From: an uncultured virus (IMG/VR IMGVR_UViG_3300031519_000014)
Lineage: Duplodnaviria; Heunggongvirae; Uroviricota; Caudoviricetes
Length of the DNA: 20,000 bases
IMG/VR virus record: IMGVR_UViG_3300031519_000014
Reading direction: 5' to 3' (one strand)
Part shown: in pieces, positions 16,199 to 20,000 of the stretch
Numbering within the stretch: position 1 is the first letter of the stretch
How the letters are laid out: the number at the start of each line of letters is the position of its first letter
Position numbers and translations under genes: made by a program
Notes under the pieces: model-generated
Databases searched by the model: none
Told to the model about the DNA's origin: nothing
The model's input: the letters and a program-made list of their open reading frames with translations, nothing else

Positions 16199-17002
16199 TT
16201 GAGTGAAAAACATATACTAGATCCATTATGGATAACCAAGGGAAGTTCAGGGTTAGACCCAGAATATTACAAGTATGTTTTATTAGCGGCAAATCAAAAA
16301 TATAGAAACAATTTAAATGAAGGAGACTTATCTAATTTCTATGAGATATTATTCCATTCTCTTAATTTAAATAATCTAATCGTGGAAGGAAGTCTATTTA
16401 ATTTCAATATGACCCCGGTATGGAACAATGAAAGATTGATAATTATACGGGATCATTTAAGAAAGGTATATCAATTACCAGAAGATGTTCTTGAAATATT
16501 CAAGAACGCCAATTATTTACTTAATACTTTAATGTTAGATTATTTGTTTGAAATATTAGACGTTACTGAATTAGTTAAATCATTCTTTGTGAATCCACAA
16601 ATACACCGAGAAAAAGAGGTCTTTATGGTGATAAATGCCGAGGGAGAACGATTATACGATATATGGAAAATTAGAATGGATAAACGATATAAGTTTGGAT
16701 ATAAAATATCTCATATTCAAGATGTAGAACTTAGTGAAATAAAAGAAAACGCGCTACATGAAGCAATTATGAAGGAAGGTAATCCTGAATTAAATAACAT
16801 GGATGCAAATACTAATGTTCTATTTAGTATTACAAACGACGGAGAAGAAAACGAAGACGTAGCGATTGCAACTGCAATGTCAATATTATTTAGTCGCGGT
16901 ATATCAAAGGATCTTAAATTTGAGGCTAATATTCTTAGTGAACTATATGAGCTTCTAGCTCAGGAAAGAGTTCTTCCTTTTACAATGAAAAATTGGGTAT
17001 AG
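16199..17002 (+). CDS. Hypothetical acidic protein (267 aa), helical N-terminal half
   Basis: Long ORF with TTG start behind the conserved motif, fills the space between two minus-strand genes; no function recognised. Confidence 0.8.
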   Translation: MSEKHILDPLWITKGSSGLDPEYYKYVLLAANQKYRNNLNEGDLSNFYEILFHSLNLNNLIVEGSLFNFNMTPVWNNERLIIIRDHLRKVYQLPEDVLEIFKNANYLLNTLMLDYLFEILDVTELVKSFFVNPQIHREKEVFMVINAEGERLYDIWKIRMDKRYKFGYKISHIQDVELSEIKENALHEAIMKEGNPELNNMDANTNVLFSITNDGEENEDVAIATAMSILFSRGISKDLKFEANILSELYELLAQERVLPFTMKNWV

Positions 17003-17004
17003 TA

Positions 17005-19998
17005 TTAAATCCCAAGCTTATCTTCGATAGCTTTTAACCTAGCTTCTAGTTCTTCAATTTTAGTTTGCTTCTCTTCAATTATAGCATGTTGCTCTTTAGT
17101 ACTCATTACTAATTCTGAAATTAACCCTCCATAATTAACACTTAAAACACCATCCCTTTCCTTAATCAAGTCTGGGTATACTTCAATAAGATCCTGTGCG
17201 ATGAATCCTCTATTCATTCTAGGATTCATTTTTAAATCTTCTTTCCATTTAAATGTTACAGGCTTCAGATTTAAAATTTTAGATAGAGAGGACGTTAAAT
17301 ACTCTACATCTTTCTTCATTGATATATCTGACAGTGTATGAACATTACCTCCAAGTGCTTCAATGTCTCCATCTCCTCTTACTATAAATCTGGAAAGACC
17401 TGCACTTTGTACGTTTAAAACCGCGAGACCTGAATGATTACCTCCTGTTGTTATAAGTACACCATAAGCATCATCCGCGCTACTTGTGTTTTGAAGTCTA
17501 GTAATATAATTAGTATCTCTATCCTCTCTAACATGCAGCATGGCCGCAGGCGTACTAAATGATCCAATAGATACATATCCATCTGCAGCAGCTGCTCTTT
17601 TCGGTTGCATGTAAATATGACCACCTCCTTCACCTCGAATAGCCACATCCTTTCCTAACGTGCTAGTTATAGATAAACCGCCGTCTGATGGATTTGAATC
17701 TAATCTAATATGAGCACCAACTATTGGATCACTGTCTCCATTAGATGTTCTTCTTACAAAATTCAATTCTGCATAATTACCACCAGACATATTTCTAATA
17801 TTAACCGTTGGATTTGAGTTAGAGGTCGCGCTTGTTGGGGTAGTAGTCGATTCTCCTAGAGGCAACTGACCTATAGTAACGTCCATTTCTCCAGAGCTTG
17901 TGGCCGAACCGACTTGTCTTCTACCGGTTTTTACCTTCAAGAAGGTTCCTCCGTCTATTGATGTTCCATTCCAAGTACCATTTGTACTACCATTGTTAGA
18001 ATCTAATAGAAGCCTACCTGCAATTCTCATGGTGTAATTCTGATTGTATGTTGAATCAAAATTTGTTGTGTTTACAGCAACTCGATTCTCCGCTATAAAG
18101 TCAGGAACTGATTTAACTTCATCACTTTTTACACTAAATCGCTGAGCTCCATTTGCCCGGACAAAAAGAGCATTGTCATTACCGGATTCGATAATCGCTC
18201 CAGATCCAGAAGAGTTTGTAGCGGAGAGTGCGTAGGCGCTGCCTGCGCCAGTATTTTCAATGATAAGTCCACCTTGTGTTCCACCAGTGGCAGTAATTGA
18301 TGCCTTGAATCCAAAAGGCGTGGTAGCTGAGCCAATAGCAACTCTATCAGTGGTAGTAGTTAATCTAACATGTGTTCCATCATCAGTCCATCCTCCTGCA
18401 GTATCTAGATCTATTGTTCCCCACTCTAATTGATTACCTGCAGTATGTTGTAAATATTGTCCGCCAGTAGGTGCAGTCGTAGGTAGAGTATATGTTACAT
18501 CAGGAGAAGCGGCTGCCGCTGTGAATCCTGTGAATGTTCCACTTGATCCTATCATTACTAATGATTCTCCAATTCTAACGTCTCCATCTGTATATGTAAG
18601 ATCATTAGAACCAGGTTCAGGTAACATTTGCCACATTGCATCTGCTCCCATTGTATGAATGGTTCCGTACTTATCTCCTACGTATGTTGCTTCAACGTTT
18701 GATGTTATGTTAAGGTTGCTACCAAATCCATGTGATAATTTAACTTGATTAGGGAATGCTCCAGTCGGAGATGGACTTACTTCCAATATTGGACGGTATG
18801 TAGTTATACCACCTCCATATGCAGAAACTAATCGAGTTTCCCAATCTCCTGACAGATTTCTATATACGATATATGTAGCTCCAGATGAAAGTAAATTAGA
18901 TACTAATGTAACCTTATATCTCCATTCACTGTTTAAGAATTTACCATGCGATTCATTTAGGGTAGTAATGACACCAGCTGAAGATATATTTCTAGTTTCA
19001 CTATACCATATCTTACTCATGTTGGCCATTTGACCTTCTGTGTAGATTCCACCTTTTGAATTAATACCACGAGGGCCAACATTAATTGCTGATTTTACGT
19101 CTAATACATTTCCTACTCGTAAATCATTTGAAACGTTTACATTAGAAGATTTAAGGCTGTGTATATTTGCAGCTTCAGTTTCTAATCCATCTACTTCTAG
19201 TGTTACAAGATTATATTTAGCACCAGATGCTGCCGCCATAACGTATAGATTATTACCAGTCATCTCTATTGATGAGGCATAATCTACTCCTGAAATTACT
19301 TTCTTAGATACGAATTGAGCAGTTGATTGATTTTCAAGATATAATCTAACAACCGATATAGTAGATGAATCGTATGAATCAGTTCCACCTTGTCCTACTA
19401 ATACATATAAGCTTCTTCCTACTAAAACACTATCGATAACTCGAGTATTAACATCTCCATCAAACTCAAGCGATCCTTTAAATTCAAAAGCCGCAGTACC
19501 GGATCCCTCTTCATATTTAGTATAAATCCATAAATTGTTTTTATACATTGCATATATGTTTCTTCCATCAGTTTGAACAGATCCAAATTTATTAACAGAT
19601 GCATTTAATTGTGACGTTGCGTTTGATAATAATGTAGCATCAGTATAAATCTGATTAGAATTATCAAGTGCTATTGTAATCTCACTATCTGATGCGTATT
19701 GATTGATATCGTATACTTTAACATCTACCACGTGGCCATTCCATCCCATTCCACTGCTATCTGCTCCTACCGTTAGAGTAATAGTGGCGATATAATCTTC
19801 AGATACTGCCATATCTAAATGATGAGCTGATTGTTCATTTTCTGTAAACACTCTTCTTGGATTACTAGGATCTGATATGTTTATAGCAGAAATAGCACCA
19901 CGTCCAGTATATTCAGTAAGTGATTCTCCAAAGCCAGTCGGATCATATGTGATAGATCCAGTTGTTCCCCAGTGAGATCCAACCGTACTTGTATCGGC
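17005..19998 (-). CDS. Tail fibre/spike with beta-propeller-like N-terminal part and C-terminal peptidase S74 intramolecular chaperone (5' end outside the window)
   Basis: The frame stays open from GTG19851 to the window edge (ADTSTVGSHW...AINISDPSNPRRVF). C-terminus LSDISMKKDV..ILNLKPVTFKW..GFIAQDL..YPDLI..LSVNYGGL plus coiled coil is the S74 signature. Confidence 0.88.
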   Translation of the reverse strand, partial: ADTSTVGSHWGTTGSITYDPTGFGESLTEYTGRGAISAINISDPSNPRRVFTENEQSAHHLDMAVSEDYIATITLTVGADSSGMGWNGHVVDVKVYDINQYASDSEITIALDNSNQIYTDATLLSNATSQLNASVNKFGSVQTDGRNIYAMYKNNLWIYTKYEEGSGTAAFEFKGSLEFDGDVNTRVIDSVLVGRSLYVLVGQGGTDSYDSSTISVVRLYLENQSTAQFVSKKVISGVDYASSIEMTGNNLYVMAAASGAKYNLVTLEVDGLETEAANIHSLKSSNVNVSNDLRVGNVLDVKSAINVGPRGINSKGGIYTEGQMANMSKIWYSETRNISSAGVITTLNESHGKFLNSEWRYKVTLVSNLLSSGATYIVYRNLSGDWETRLVSAYGGGITTYRPILEVSPSPTGAFPNQVKLSHGFGSNLNITSNVEATYVGDKYGTIHTMGADAMWQMLPEPGSNDLTYTDGDVRIGESLVMIGSSGTFTGFTAAAASPDVTYTLPTTAPTGGQYLQHTAGNQLEWGTIDLDTAGGWTDDGTHVRLTTTTDRVAIGSATTPFGFKASITATGGTQGGLIIENTGAGSAYALSATNSSGSGAIIESGNDNALFVRANGAQRFSVKSDEVKSVPDFIAENRVAVNTTNFDSTYNQNYTMRIAGRLLLDSNNGSTNGTWNGTSIDGGTFLKVKTGRRQVGSATSSGEMDVTIGQLPLGESTTTPTSATSNSNPTVNIRNMSGGNYAELNFVRRTSNGDSDPIVGAHIRLDSNPSDGGLSITSTLGKDVAIRGEGGGHIYMQPKRAAAADGYVSIGSFSTPAAMLHVREDRDTNYITRLQNTSSADDAYGVLITTGGNHSGLAVLNVQSAGLSRFIVRGDGDIEALGGNVHTLSDISMKKDVEYLTSSLSKILNLKPVTFKWKEDLKMNPRMNRGFIAQDLIEVYPDLIKERDGVLSVNYGGLISELVMSTKEQHAIIEEKQTKIEELEARLKAIEDKLGI

Positions 19999-20000
19999 AT

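Noticed and set aside
12438..17002. Stop-codon reassignment (TAG or TGA) as in some jumbo phages
   Set aside because: Code 11 gives near-complete coding density with unbroken long ORFs; TAG ends two genes at convergent junctions and TGA is used in ATGA overlaps.
15063..19604. Nested ORFs 15063..15260, 15834..16103, 17451..17648, 18129..18341, 19422..19604
   Set aside because: Antisense or out-of-frame inside long genes with clear family motifs.

Overview
AT-rich, densely coding virion-structure region of a large T4-related (jumbo-type) myophage, probably infecting Bacteroidota (A-rich, Shine-Dalgarno-less starts; inference). Plus strand 1-12425: the end of a fibre gene, an accessory cassette of three LamG/concanavalin-A-like genes interleaved with small proteins (two paralogs plus a truncated relic), a 2204-aa highly repetitive fibre and a 499-aa putative tailspike. 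Minus strand 12438-16099: a neck/tail-completion cluster with an enlarged T4 gp14-like protein, a gp15-like protein, a 58-aa gene missing from the ORF track that starts with a T4-type capsid-targeting-like sequence, and a gp3-like protein. Then a divergent 267-aa hypothetical gene and the 3' part of a fibre/spike gene ending in a peptidase S74 intramolecular chaperone. An ATAAATA late-promoter-like motif precedes many genes and forms a perfect 17-bp inverted pair at the divergent junction. No RNA genes, CRISPR array, integrase or reverse transcriptase were seen. All family assignments come from motif recognition by eye, not from database searches.
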